Positions 49,885 through 63,724 of a stretch of 64,000 bases of DNA are shown one piece after another. Numbering within the stretch: position 1 is the stretch's first letter; the number at the start of each line of letters is the position of its first letter. This stretch comes from Malacoraja senta (Eukaryota). The translations under genes and the position numbers were made by a program. The notes beneath the pieces are model-generated. The model had not been told where the DNA came from and made no database searches. It saw nothing but the letters and a program-made list of their open reading frames with translations. Location of the stretch: contig CM075989.1 of NCBI GenBank assembly GCA_038087875.1, positions 18,354,001 to 18,418,000 on the forward strand, read 5' to 3'.

Positions 49885-50440
49885 CAGCACAGTTGCCGCC
49901 TGAGACCCAGGTTCCATCCTGGCTATGGGAGCTGTCTGTGTGGAGTTTAGTTGAGTTTAGAGATACAGTGTGGAAACAGGCCCTTCAGCCCGCCAAGTCC
50001 AGGCCGACCAGCGATTGCCCATTCACACTAGTTCTATCCTACACAATTTATGAAGCCAATTAACCTACACACCTGAACGTTTTCGGAGTGTGGGAGGAAA
50101 CCGGAGCAGCCGGAGGAAGCCCTCGTGGTCACAGGAAGAACGTACAAACTCCGTACAGATAGCACCCGTTGTTGGGATTGAACCCGGAGATCTGGTGCTG
50201 TAAGGCAGCAACTCTCCCACTGAGCCAGTTGTACCTTCTCCTTGTGACCACGTGGGTTTCCGCCGGGTGCTCCAGTTTCCTTTCACATTCCGAAGACATG
50301 TAGGTTTGTAGGTTAATTGGCTGCTGTAAAATTTCCATAGTGTGTTGTGTAGTGTGTATGGGTGATCAAATGTTGGCATGGACTTGTTGGGCCGAAGGGC
50401 CTGTTTCCATGCTGTATCTCTGTAACTATAACTAAAACGA
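49885..50440. mobile_element. Minus-strand SINE nested in a plus-strand SINE
   Basis: Plus head at ~49885-49947, minus copy at ~49945-50225, plus body resuming at ~50229. Confidence 0.75.
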
Positions 50441-52045
50441 AAACGATTCATCATGATGTTACCTGGACTTGTAGACTTGAGTTACAGGGCTCAAGAGGTT
50501 GGATAAGCTGGGAGGATTTTCTTTGGAGTGTCTGAGTCTTTGTGACCTTTTGAGATGTACAAGAGCATGAGGGGCATGGCTAAAATGAACACACACGGTC
50601 TTTTTCCCAGGTTATAGGATTCTATAGCTTGACGACACACACTTAAAGTGAGAGGTGAGGGATTAAAGAGGAGTCTGATGGTAAATCGTATCTGGAATTA
50701 GCTGCCAGAGGAAGCTATTGAAGCAGATCAAATTATGACTTTTAAAAGACATTTGGACAGATATATGAACAGGAGGGATATGGGCCAAATGCAGCTAAAT
50801 GGGAATAAAACAATATGGCAACTCGGTCAGTATAGACAAGGTGGGCTGAAGGGCCTGAGTCCATACTGTACAGCCGTATGAATCTGATTCTATAAACTTT
50901 GAAGCTGTGAGATTTTACATGTTGTATCTCGCATCCAGTGAAACTGAACTGTCAGGTTAGCATCTGCAAACTGTAGTCCTGTCCTGAATATGCAGATATG
51001 TTGGGCTGCATTTTAATCTGCAACATTGCCTGAGTTTGGGAGTAGGTGTTTGGAGCAAAGGTTAAAAGTGTGGAGTGTATGGAGGTGGCCTCCAATGGGT
51101 TGTGAACCAAGCTCCTGGGACAGGCAGGTCATCAATGGTCGCATGTTAATCACTTATTTTACTTCACTTTGAACTTGAGAGATACAGCGTGGAAACAGGC
51201 CCTTCGGCCCACCGAGTCCGTGCCGACCAGCGATCACTCCGTACACTAGCACTATCCTACACACTAGGGACGATTTTTTTTTTTTTACCAAAGCCAATTA
51301 GCCGACAAACCTGTACGTCGTTGGAGTGTGGGAGGAAACTGGAGCTCCTGGAGAAAACCCACGAGGTCACAGGGAGAACGTACAAACTCAGTACAGACTG
51401 CACCTGTAGTCTGCCCTTTGAACACACCTCCCGTCAAATAGATGTATTCAAGAGAGAGTTAGATTTAGATCTTTGGGCTAACGGAATCATGTGATATGGG
51501 GAGAAAGTAGGAACGGGGAACTGATTTTGGATGATCAGCCATGACCATATTGAATGGCGGTGCTGGCTCAAAGGGCCGAATGGCCTACTCCTGCAGGTAT
51601 TTACTATGTTTCTATGTCAGTATCGATCCCGGGTCGCTGGGGCTGGGAGGCAGCAACTCTACTGCCGCGCCACCGCGCCGCCCTTGTCCACGATTAAAAA
51701 ATCGATCTTTAGTACAAACACTTTTATCTCAAGTTCCAGGGGCTACGAAAAAACCAAATGTATGTGCGGGTGTACCATGTGTTCGGAGGGGGAAGCGGGC
51801 AGCTGTGGGATTCACATTGAAAATCAAATAACTGGAGGTGAGAACAAATGGCTTTGAGAACATGTTGCAGAGAGCACATTCTGATAGGGTGATGAAGGAG
51901 GTGAGAGGAGTGAGCAGGGTGTGAAAAGCTCATCAAGGCTTGGAGCCTGATGGTAGTGACATCCAGGGTGCCTGGTGATAATTGTGTGGCTGTGCCTGCA
52001 GTGAAAAATATTTTATTGCTGCTAAATGAACATAGGTTAATGGGG

Positions 52046-52287
52046 ATGGACAAAAATGCTGGAGAAACGCAGCGGGTGAGGCAGCATCTATGGAGCGAAG
52101 GAATAGGTGACGTTTCCGAGACCCTTCTTCAGACTGATGCTCACCCCCACCCCCACATCAGTCTGAAGAAGGGTCTCTACCCGAAACGTCACCTATTCCT
52201 TCGCTCCATAGATGCTGCCTCGCCCGCTGCGTTTCTCCAGCATTTTTGTCTACCTTTGATTTTTCCAGCATCTGCAGTTCTTTCTTA
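52046..52287. mobile_element. Fold-back Penelope unit with TSD
   Basis: AACATAG(G/C)TTAATGGGG at 52029-52045 and 52288-52304. Confidence 0.85.
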
Positions 52288-55081
52288 AACATAGCTTAAT
52301 GGGGGTAAAGCGTTCCTCACTGCGTGTATATTGAAGAGAAAAATGTCGAAAGGTCTGCATTTTTATGCTCTGCTTCACATATCCCGGAAAGTTCAAATCT
52401 GAAACCTACCCAGTATTATTTCAGAGTTGGTGGTGAGAGGCATTTTGTGCAGAAAAAAGATTTGACAGGCACATCAGTGGGAAAGATGACATTTAAACTG
52501 TTGCTGGCGATTTGAGGCGGAAGGCTTGCTAAGAAAACTTAAATCGCCCAAAGATTTTTGATATCTGCCAAAGGAATTGACATTTAATGTGAGGGACTTT
52601 CACCCAAACTATGGAGCACTCCCGACCTGCAGCAGTAGACAGTCAGCTGGCTTGCTGAAGGGCTGGTATACAATGTAAAACATAGAACAGTACACCACAG
52701 GAATGGGTCCTTCGGCCCACAATGTCTGTGCCGAACATGATGCCAAGTTAGACACAAAAAGCTGGAGTAGGCTCTTAAATGCTACCATCGTATCTGCCTC
52801 TATCACCACCCCCAGCAGTGCGTTCCAAGCACTCACCACCCTCTGAGTAAAAATAAAATTTGCCTCACACATTTCTTTTAACTTTGCCCCTCTCACGTTA
52901 AAGCTATGCCCTCTAGTCGTTCACCCTGGGAGAAAGATTTGACTGTCTACCCTATCTATGTCTCCCATAATTTAACATACTTCTATCAGCCTCTGATGTC
53001 CAGAGAAAACAATCCACTAACATGGATAAACCCACCACCAGGATAAATATCCTAAATGGATGCAATCTGTGAAGAGATCAGGGATACAAAATAAATATGC
53101 TCTTGCCTGTATTAATCCTACCATGTAAATGTCTAAAAAGCAAAACTATAGGCAATGTAAAAACAAGGAACAGCAGATGCTGGTTTACAAAAAAAAGACA
53201 CAAGGTGCTGGAGTAACTCAGGGGGTCAACCAGCATCTCTGGAGAATGTGGAAGGGTGACGTTTCGGGCCGGGACCTTTCTTCAGACTCTCATAGTTGAT
53301 GTTTCGGGCCGGAAGCCTTCTTCAGACTGATTGTGGTGGGGCCTGTATCCACCTATCACTCACCTGGCATTGTACTGAACCTCCTTTCTTCCAGCCTTCT
53401 TCCCAACCACCCCCTCCCCCCACCACCACAATCAGTCTGAAGAAGAGCCCTGATCCGAAATGTCACCTTATCTGTGTTCTCCAGAGATGCTGCCTGACCC
53501 TCTGAGTTACTCCAGCACTTTGTGTCTTTTTTTAACCTGCAGTTAATGCCAGCAAGGCAATGTGTTTATCTCAGTGGGACTGTCCTCTGCTTGGGTTGAT
53601 ACAACAAGCTTGTTGTTCATCCACTGTCTAATGGACATTCCTTGCATTCAACCATCAGTTCTTGCTTTGCTTGGATTGCACTGATACATCTCACAGCTCC
53701 AGGGACCCAGGTATTCCTGACCTCCGGTGCTGTCTGTGTGGAGTTTGCACACTCTCCCTATGATTGTATAGGTTTCTGCCGGATGCTCTAATATTCTCTC
53801 ACACCCAAAAGACTTTCGAGATAGAGATAGAGTGCAGAAACAGGCTCTTCGGCCGACCAGAGATCATCCCGTGCACTATACACTCATAGACTGTATATTT
53901 CACAGTAGGCACAACGACACAATTATCACAGTACACCCTGGTTCCTTACTTGTTTCACATTTACATCATATTCATATGTCACTTCCATCAGGCTCCAAAC
54001 ATGGATGAGTTTTTCACACCGTGCTTACTGCAGGTAGGTTAATTCATTCATTATCGGCCTCGTAATTATCGCCAAGTGGCATAAGGCCGACCTGGAGATT
54101 GATGGGCACCCAAACAAGAAAACGTTACAGAAGTTTGAAGAAAATTGAGCGGCACGATGGCGTAGCGGCTGCTGCCTCACAGCGCCAGAGACCCGGGTTC
54201 GATCCTGACTACGGGTGCTGTCTGTGTGGAGTTTGTACGTCCTCCCTGTGACCGTGTGGGTTTTCTCCAGGTGCTCCGGTTTCCTCCCACACTCCAAAGA
54301 CGTGCGGTGCGCAGGATAGTGCCAGTGTACGGGGTGATCGCTGGCCGGCACTGACACGGTGGGCCGATGGGGCCAGTTCCCACGCTAAACATTTCTAAAG
54401 TAAAGTAAAATATGGAAAGGGTGAAAGTGACTGATGGGATTGCTCTGCTGGGAGATAGCATTGACTTGATGGACCATGTGGCCTTCTGTATTATCAGAAG
54501 CAAGTAGGTAACATAAGTGCTTTTTACGTTGATACACAGATTGTGCCTTGCTGATGTTATCTATGGAAAATCATCACCTTATACGATGCATAAACTGTTT
54601 AAGGGCCTGACCACGTGACTTAATTAATACATGTTATTTCTAAAGTTTTAGCAATCTTTTTGCAACATTAAAAAATCAAAAAATTTGACAATCTTTTTGT
54701 TAATTTTCCAGAAGTGCCGGTACGCTGCACTGTCACAAAAAAAAGCTCTAGGTCAAATGATAAAGAAGTATATTTGAAGTAGATGCTTCAAAATTTGCTG
54801 TGGTTTTGGATTAGGTAATTTGTAATCATGTTATGTTACTGAGGTGTTATAGCTCAGAGTTTTGCATTAATCTTGATTCATGTTCGCTGCTGTGGTTTAC
54901 AGGCTTGTAATCAGCGCGACATATTTTATTTAAGGCTGAATGTTTTCACAGAGATTACCTGGATTTATTGCAGCACATTTGCTGACATTTTCAGATAAAT
55001 ATGAAACAAGTAAGTTATTTTCCACATGCTAAATTTCTGGCTTCTTTTCCAACACCACTAGGGCGTCACGGCAACGCACAA

Positions 55082-55593
55082 TGGCACGGCGGTGGAGTTG
55101 CTGCCTTACCTCCCACTCCCACAGCGCCAGAGACCCGGGTTCGGGCCTGACTACGGGTGCTGTCTGTACGGAGTTTGTACGTTCTCCCCGTGACCAAGTG
55201 GGATTTTTCTGAGATCTTCAGTTTCCTCCCACTCTCCAAAGACGTACAGGTTTGTAGGTTAGACAAAAGTGCTGGAGAAACTCAGCGGGTGCAGCAGCAT
55301 CTATGGAGCGAAGGAAATAGGCAACATTTCGGGCCGAAACCCTCGTTGCCTATTTCCTTCGCTCCATAGATGCTGCTGCATCCGCTGAGTTTCTCCAGCA
55401 CTTTTGTCTACCTTCGATTTTCCAGCTTCTGCAGTTCCTCCTTAAACAGGTTTGTAGGTTAATTGGCTTAGTATAAATGTAAAAATTGGCCCTGGTGTGT
55501 GTAGGGTAGTGTTAGCATGTGGGGGTCGCTAGTCGGCGCAGACACGGTGGGCCGATCGGCCTGTTTTCACTCTCTAAAACTAAAAAACTAAAA
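55082..55593 (+). mobile_element. HE1-like SINE interrupted by a fold-back Penelope unit (55262-55445)
   Basis: Perfect 16-bp TSD ACAGGTTTGTAGGTTA at 55246-55261 and 55446-55461. Confidence 0.9.
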
Positions 55594-55925
55594 TACTGGG
55601 TATGTGAACCAATGTTGCTTGCCACTCCTCACCACCTCAACCCATGTAATCACCTCCTGATTTCATGGCTTCAGCTTCCTGCTGCCGTCTCTTGCTGACT
55701 GCGTCTGTTGTCATTGAGCTGAGAATGTAATTAACCAACAATTATCCAGGTCACAGATTTAATGTGACGAATGATGCAAGCCTTCCTGAGTGTCTGGTTG
55801 CTTGTCTTTGCCTTGTCTTGTGATTCCACAGCCACTGTCGTTCGGCTCTTCCTCTTTCTTACATGAACAAAGCACAAACTATCAGTTGACCCTGGACAAA
55901 CCTAAATATTTCCTCATTTCAGTAA

Positions 55926-56229
55926 ATTTAGACATACAGCGCAGAAACAGGCCCTTCAGCCCCACCGAGTCTGCGCTTACCAGCGGTCACCTTGTACACT
56001 AGCACTCTCCTACACACTAGGGACAATTTACAATTTTACTGAAGCCAATTAATCTTTAAACCTGTATGTCCTTGGAGTGTGGGGGGAAACCGGAGCACCC
56101 GGAGAAAACCCACGTGGTCATGGGGAGGACGTACAAACTCCATACAGACAGCACCTGTAGCCAGGATCGAACCCGGGTCCCTGGCGCTGTAAGGCAACAA
56201 CTCTACCGCTGCGCCAACGTGCCGCCAGC
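55926..56229 (-). mobile_element. HE1-like V-SINE
   Basis: Reverse match to the recurrent SINE. Confidence 0.9.
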
Positions 56230-57072
56230 CATGTGACGTGTAGACGTGTTGTTTTGAAAGATCAGGGTTTTGATGGACTGGTGTCGAAGAGGAGTTGTGG
56301 CCTGGGACAGATTAGCCACGATTATTTTGACTAGCAGCTCAAAGTGAGGGGCAGAACAGAACAGTCTCCTCTTGTCCTCTTGACATGCTCTAAACATCAG
56401 AGGTAGATCATAGTTCAGCACTGCTCACAACCAGGAAACAGTGCGGAATTACTATCCACTTCTGATGTCCCTCGGACTGCACTTGACCGGAATTTGCAGG
56501 CTCCACTTTGCACTAAACATTATTCCCTTATCGTTTATCCCTACACTGTAAATGTACTGATTGTAATCAAGCATTGTCTTTCTGCTGACTGGTTAGCACG
56601 CAACAGAAAGCTTTTCACTGTACCCCGGTACACGTGACAATAAACAAAACTAAAACTAAAGTGCCTATGCACCAGTTGAGCCATGGAAGGTATTAGCTGT
56701 GTGAGACAGTAAATAGAGACAAAAAGTCTCTCTTCCTGCCCTTTCGTGTATAATCAACATTCCCGAAATAACCTACTACTTTGGAGAATCTTCAATCAAA
56801 TTTTATGCGTGACATTAATGCGTGTGCGTTGCTTTTAATTCTCCGTTAACTTGCTGCTGTGTCTCAGCTTTGATGTCACTGCAATATCCCAAAGTTCATT
56901 GTGGATATAAATTCCCATTTCTTACTCTCAGTACCCACATGGTCTCTCCCAATTAGCGGCAAGCTGCTGCCAATTAATACTGAGTTATGGATCATTTGAT
57001 GAATCTATGGTTGCCAGCAGCTGGCAGGAGACCGTCTACACTGATTCAACCAGAAATTCCAGACCATTTAGT

Positions 57073-57515
57073 GCGGCACGGTGGCGCAGCGGTCGAATTT
57101 CCGCCTTTCAGCGGCAGAGACCCGGGTTCGATCCTGACCACGGGCGCTTGTCTGTACGGAGTTTGTATTTTCTGCCCGTGACCTGCATGGGTTTTCTCCG
57201 AGATCTTCGGTTTCCTCCCACACTCCAAAGACATAGAAACATAGAAAATAAGTGCAGGAGTAGGCCATTCGGTCCTTCGAGCCAGCACCACCATTCAATA
57301 TGATCATGGCTGATCATCCAAAATCAGTACCCCGTTCCTGCCTACTCCCCATATCCCTTGATTCTGTACAGGTTTGTAGGTTAATAGGCTTGGTGTAAAT
57401 GTAAAATTGTCTCTATTGTGTGTAGGATAGTGTTAATGTGCAGGGATCGCTGGTCGGTGCGGACTCCGTGGGCCGAAGGGCCTGTTACCGTGCTGTATCT
57501 CTATAAACTAAAGAA
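57073..57515 (+). mobile_element. HE1-like SINE with a nested CR1 3' tail (~57231-57364, -)
   Basis: The SINE resumes at GTACAGGTTTGTAGG after the insert. Confidence 0.85.
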
Positions 57516-57530
57516 ACCTAAATTAATGTT

Positions 57531-57624
57531 CTGAAGAAGGGTTTCGTCCCGAAATGTCGCCTATCTCCTTCGCTCCATAGATGCTGCTTCACCCGCTGAG
57601 TTTCTCCAGCATTTTTGTCTACCT
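57531..57624 (+). mobile_element. 94-bp Penelope unit starting at the hammerhead core
   Basis: TSD TAAATTAATGTT at 57519-57530 and 57625-57636. Confidence 0.85.
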
Positions 57625-57764
57625 TAAATTAATGTTAGATTGCGAGGGTTAGGGTTATGTTTACCTTTGTTAAACTGGGGTGGATTTTAATCCAACCCAC
57701 TGCCACCTTTTGCAAAATTAATGTCTATTTCTGAATCATATTTGTCTAAAATATGAAACACACA

Positions 57765-58218
57765 CCAGCCTCCCCCACCATCGAGTCCATCTACAGCTCA
57801 CACTGCCTCGGGAAAGCAGCCAACATCATCAAAGAGCACTTACACCCCTGTCATTCCCTCTTCTCCCCTCTTCTGTCGGGCAGAAGATACAAAAGCTTGA
57901 AAACACACACCACCGGATTGAGGAACAGCTTCCTGCCAGCTATAATCAGACTGAACAGTCCTCCCATAAGCAATGATGCAGTCTCCATCTTCCAACCTGC
58001 CTCATCGCAGACTATGGACTTTTCTAACTGTAACATCATAATGCTGTAACACTATGTTCCGGTTATTTTTCTCTCTGTCCACTACTTGTTGCACTTGTGT
58101 GTGGTTCAATTGTACCCATGTATTGTGTCTTCTGACTTGACTGGATAGCACACAAATCACATTTCTTTTCACTGTTTCTCATTGTACGTGACAATAATAA
58201 ACCAATATCTATACCAAT
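57765..58218 (+). mobile_element. Rex1/Babar-like LINE 3' fragment
   Basis: 'HPCHSLFSPLLSGRRYKSLKTHTTGLRNSFLPAIIRLN' plus a 3' tail ending GTGACAATAATAAA. Confidence 0.8.
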
Positions 58219-59309
58219 AAAATTGTTGAAGTCCCTAATTGCAGAAGCAGGTTTCCAGGACTATTGGAACATTGAACAAGATAGTGGCGCAGTGGTAGCG
58301 TTGCTGCCTTACAGCGCCAAAAACCTGGCTCCAGTCCTGCCTAAGTGCTGTCTGTAGGGAGTTTGTGTTCTCCCTTTGACCGCGTGGGTTTTTTCCAGGT
58401 GTTCCGGTTTTCTCCCGCACTCTAAAGACACGTGGGTTTGTAGGTTAATTGGCCTCTGTAAATTGTCCCAAGTGTGTAGAGTGGTCATGAGTCGGCGTGG
58501 ACCCGGTTTCCACACTGTATCTTTAAACTAAACTAAACTAAAGCGTAAAAAGAATGGTTTTTTATGTTTTTAAATTGCATGTCGTCAAATCGGTGACCAA
58601 TGATCAAGGCCTCTGAATGATGGTCTGATAACCTACCCAAGATAGACACAAAATGCTGGAGTAACTCAGCGGGACAGGCAGCATCTCTGGAGAGAAGGAA
58701 TGGGTGATGTTTCGGGTTGAGTTACTCCTGCATCTATCTTCGGTGTAAACCAGCATCTGCAGTTCCTTCCTACACATAATAACCTACGCACTCTGCTTCC
58801 ATACCTTGCCCTACAGATCCACAAGCCCACGTGATGCCTATTGAATTACACTGAGATCATATTTATCTTAAAGTGAGCTGAAGAAAATCTACTAAATAAC
58901 CTTGTGGATTGTGTATTTTTGAAACATTATCGAGTGAACTTTCTAAGATGGTCTCAGAAGAGTTTCACAAATGTAGTTACACAGATAACCAATGCTCTTG
59001 ATGTAATGTGATAACCTCGTCCGGATGGAGTAGAGTTCTCTCTATCTCAGAGCTAGCGAAGAATTAACCTGAAACAAAGGAGTATCTCCACCTGCTCGGA
59101 GCTTGTCCAATTAAGTTCAATTCCTGGGAGATATTGATCTATTCTGCCAGGAAGATGAAGTAGTCCCAGTGTCTGTGATCAGGACAGTTTCCCTATTGTG
59201 CTCCAGGTGTAACTATTGTTGATGAATATCCGATTACATCAAATGTAAGGGGTTAGGAATAAATCATCGTCAACTCACCAATATCACCAATCCTTTATCC
59301 CTCTTACTG

Positions 59310-59833
59310 ATGGTCGCCAAATTATAGGAAAGATGTCAACAAAATAGAGAGAGTACAGAGGAGATTTACTAGAATGTTGCCTGGGTTTCAGCACCTAAGT
59401 TACAGAGAAAGGTTGAGCAAGATAGGCCTTTATTCTTTGGAGCGCAGAAGGTTAAGGGGGGACTTGATAGAGGTCTTTAAAATTATGAGAGGGATAGACA
59501 GAGTTGACGTGGATAAGCTTTTTCCATTGAGAGTAGGGAAGATTCAAACAAGAGGACATGATTTGAGAATTAAGGGACAAAAGTTTAGGGGTAACATGAG
59601 GGGGAACTTCTTTACTCAGAGAATGGTAGCTGTGTGGAATGAGCTTCCAGTGGAAGTGGTGGAGGCAGGTTCGATTTTATCATTTAAAAACAAATTGGAT
59701 AGGCTTATGGACGGGAAAGGAATGGAGGGTTATGGTCTGAGTGCAGGTAGATGGGACTAGGTGAGAGTAAGTGTTCGGCACGGACTAGAAGGGCCGAGAT
59801 GGCCTGTTTCCGTGCTGTAATTGTTATATGGTT
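59310..59833 (+). mobile_element. Young CR1/HER1 3' fragment
   Basis: Uninterrupted 128-aa ORF2 C-terminus (SYRERL...RRLRGDLIEVFKI...TRGH...FFTQR..VWNELP) and the tail shared with the SINE. Confidence 0.95.
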
Positions 59834-60446
59834 ACTGGCTCACATCTGAAACTATGTGACTCATTTGAATCTGAAGAAGGGTCTCGACCCGAAATGTCTG
59901 TCCAGAGATGCTGCCTGACCCTCTGAGTTATTCCAGCATTTTGTGTCTATCTTCGGTGTAAACCAGCATCTGCAGTTCCTTCCCACACACGCCTCATTTG
60001 AGACCTTACATGGCTCCACCACTGAGCAAAATATTTTATTCTACATTCTCTGGGGATTTTATATATAATGGACATTCAACATTTCTCTCCTTCATGGAAA
60101 TTCTTCACTTGCCCTCCAGAGTACTGACAGAATTGTACAGACCTGGTCCAGATCACCTTTGAAAGACACTAAGTGCTGGAGTAACCCAGCAGGTCAGGCA
60201 GCATCTCTAGAGAACATGGAGTGGTGACGTTTCGGGTTGGGACCCTTCTTCAGATCACCTTTAAATGTTTTCTCTCTCAGGTGAGAATCACCTTACGTGA
60301 TGGTTCTCCCCTTGGTTCTGGAATCATTCTTCTTCATCCATTTTCTATACTTTATCCTAAGATTGCAATGTTTTGTGATTTTAATTTGCAAATTAAAATT
60401 AAAATGAATGAAATAATTAGTTAACTGGTGCAGAATCAATGTACAC

Positions 60447-61105
60447 ATCTCTGCTGTTATCAGACTACTGAATGGTCCTCCCATAAGCTAGTTCAGTTCA
60501 GTTCAGTTTATTGTCACGTGTACCGAGGTACAGTGAAAAGCTTTTGTTGCGTGCTGACCAGTTAGCGGAAAGACAGTACGTTTACAATTGAGCCATTTAC
60601 GGTGTGTAGATACATGATAAGGGAATAATGTTTAGTGCAAGGTAAAGCCAGTAACGTCCGATCAAAGATAGTCCAAGGGTTACCAATGAGGTAGATAGTA
60701 GTTCAAGACTGCTCTCTGGTTGTGGTAGGATGATTCAGTTGCCTGATAACAGCTGGGAAGAAATTGTCCCTGAATCTGGAGGTGTGCGTTTTCACACTTC
60801 TCTACCTTTTACCTTTAAGGGTGTAGTCCTGATCTTCCAACCTACCTCATTGTGGTCATTGGAGATTTCCTTTGGACTTTTCTTTATCATTGGACTTTTT
60901 CCTTCAACTTTTTACTTGAGAGCTGTAATGCTGCGCAACCACATCCTGCACTCTGGGATTTTTCTCTCGGGCACTACCTGTTGTACTTATGCATGGCTTA
61001 ATTGTACTCATGAAGATCAAGGTTGGCTGTGACTGGATAGCAGGCCAAAAAAAAAAGCTTTTCTCTGTATCTCTCTCCACGTGACAGTAATAAGCCAATA
61101 CCAAT
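60447..61105. mobile_element. Rex1-like 3' tail (+) with a nested Rex1-like copy (-, ~60491-60810)
   Basis: The outer copy aligns with 57940-58218 on both sides of the insert. Confidence 0.65.
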
Positions 61106-61984
61106 ACATGCTGAAATGATGTGCAAGTCATTTCGCACGGATAATATTCGCACGGATAATATTCCTACATTAAGAGTGACATTATCGAATCAAAATCATT
61201 GGGTCAGGCAGGTTTAATACAACATTTTTCAAATCGGCGTTAATTATAACAAGGACACCTTCAGGTGTGCACCTCATCAGTGCATTCATTCTGTGCAGTG
61301 ACATTGGTGGGAGGTTGCGTGCTTAGCCATTTTAATTCACATGGCGTGCATTACATGTTACATCCTGAACCTCATTACACTAAAGAAAACAAATCAGATT
61401 ATGAACGGTCTGTACGGTCCATAGGATATTCATAGAAAGTGCCATCGCAATTCTGATTTATGAATGCATCCGATTCATTAACAGTTACATATTTTAATGA
61501 CAATATTATAGAATAGAATATAAAGCAGAGAATATCGCCAAACTTCATAAAATTTCCAGGAATTCAAATAAATTACTATGTTCTTTAAAAAAAATATGTG
61601 ACAGGTGATATTTGAAAGCATTGCCATTGAGATGTTTCAGGGAATCTGTACTCATTTAATATTGATTTATAAGCAAACTGTCAGGACTTTTTCCCAATTA
61701 AAATTTTAAAAGTTTTAGCCCAACGTCGAATGAAAATCCACACGGCTTCGCATTTTCCCTTTGGAGTTTGGAAGTGTCTGTTAACAATACCCCTGGTGGG
61801 CGTCATGTTAAGGTTATTTCATTTGTCGGGAGCCTTAAACAGTTTTCAAAGATGCTGGCAGTATCCCAAGACAGCCTGGCTCTAATGAGCGATGGGAAGC
61901 AAGTGCAATCTTGGTTGTGGACCAATGTTACATCACCCTGTGTTAATATAAAAAGTGGCAGCATTTGACAGCCGGCGTAGATTG

Positions 61985-62575
61985 TAGAGTCATAGTCATC
62001 GAGTGATACAGTGTGGAAACAGGCCCTTCAGCCCAACCTGCCCACACCGGACAACGTGTTTTTCACGCAGAGAGTTGTGAGTCTGTGGAATTCTCTGCCT
62101 CAGAGGGTGGTGAAGGCCGGTTCTCTGGATGCTTTCAAGAGAGAGCTAGATAGAGCTCTTAAAGATAGCAGAGTCAAGGGATATGGGGAGAAGGCAGGAA
62201 CGGGGTACTGATTGTGGATGATCAGCCATGATCACATTGAATGGCGGTGCTGGCTCAATGGGCCGAATGTCCTACTCCTGCACCTATTGTCTATGTCCCA
62301 GCTACACTAGTCCCACCTGTCTGCGTTTGGTCCATATCCTTCCAAATGTCCTTTCCATGTACCTGCCTAACTGTTTCTTAAACGTTGGGATAGTCCCAGC
62401 CTCAACTACCTCCTCTGGCAGCTTGTTCCATACACCCACCACCCTTTGCGTGAAAAAGTTACCCCTCAGATTCCTATTAAATCTTTTCCCCTTCACCTTG
62501 AACCTAAGTCCTCGATTCCCCCACTCTGGGCAAGAGACTCTGTGCATCTACCCGATTTATTCCTCTCATTATATT
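61985..62575. mobile_element. Nested CR1 3' fragments (outer -, inner + at ~62058-62295)
   Basis: CR1 peptides on both strands. Confidence 0.8.
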
Positions 62576-63614
62576 TATCCTTAAGCAAATGACTCTCTGT
62601 TTGGAATTGGAATAGTCAGGGCACAATTGAAGAAGATAGATAGATTCTGAGATAGATAGATTCTTGATTAGTTGGATATGGGGAGAAGGCAGGAGAATGG
62701 AGTTAGGAGGGAGATATAGATGAATGGCAGTAGACGATGGGCCGAATGGCCTAATTCTACTCCTATCCCATATGACCTTATGAAGAAAGGTCTTGACCCG
62801 AAACGTCACCCTTACCTCCTGAGATGCTGCCTGTCCCGCTGAGTAACTCCAGCATTTTGTGTCCATTTCAGGGCACAATTAAGATCTCTTCTGAGATGGT
62901 GCTGAGGGAAGGTGAAGGGGAAAGTTGGTGGACGTCAACAGTCCACGTGGGGTGGAAGATTGCAAGTGAGTTCTGGCTTCTGAGTGAAAATAAATTGTCC
63001 TAATCTCCTCCCAACCGATTTCTTTAATTTATATCTTCTGGCTATTGACAGTCTGCTAAAGGAAACGTTTTTTTTCTTACATTCTGTGCCTTGGACCCTT
63101 ACAATTTTATAGATCTCAATCGTATTTCACTTTCTTCTGTTCCACAGGATGCCAGCTCAGTATCTCCAGTCTTTATTCATGACAACAACTTGTGGTGCTG
63201 GAGATAGGCCCTCACAGATAGAACATAGCTCAAGTCCAGATTCAGGGACACTTTCATCCCAGCTGTCATTACTGCTCTCTGGTAGTGGCAGGATGATTCA
63301 GTTGTCTGATAACAGCTGGGATGAAACTGTCCCTGAATCTGGACTTGAGCTGTGTTCTATCTGTGACACTTGGGCCAAACGCAGGCAGGTGGGACTCGTG
63401 TACATGGGGCATGTTGGCCGGTGTGGGCAAGTTGGGCTGAAGGGCCTGTTTCCATGCTCTAAGACTCCATGACTCTATGAGTCTACACTGGCTCAATGAG
63501 CAGATAGCTTGAGGTGAAGGTAACCTACCAGTCATCGTGATCATTGAACAGTTGGATCGACGGAGTTCACCTGGTTCACTGTTATCCTTCATTAGAGGAA
63601 TTCTGTCGTCCTTA

Positions 63615-63724
63615 AGGGCCTGTCCCACATTCACGACCTAATTCACGACCTCTGCCGAGTTTGCCCTTGACTCATACTCGCAGCATGTTCGTCACGAGGT
63701 CGTAGGAGGTCGTAGGTAGGTCGT
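63615..63724. mobile_element. Harbinger-type MITE left end, interrupted by CR1
   Basis: TTA|AGGGCCTGTCCCAC terminus and internal CACGACC/GGTCGT repeats. Confidence 0.7.

Noticed and set aside
61132..61163. 16-bp tandem duplication TTCGCACGGATAATAT
   Set aside because: Real, but an ordinary slippage-type duplication.
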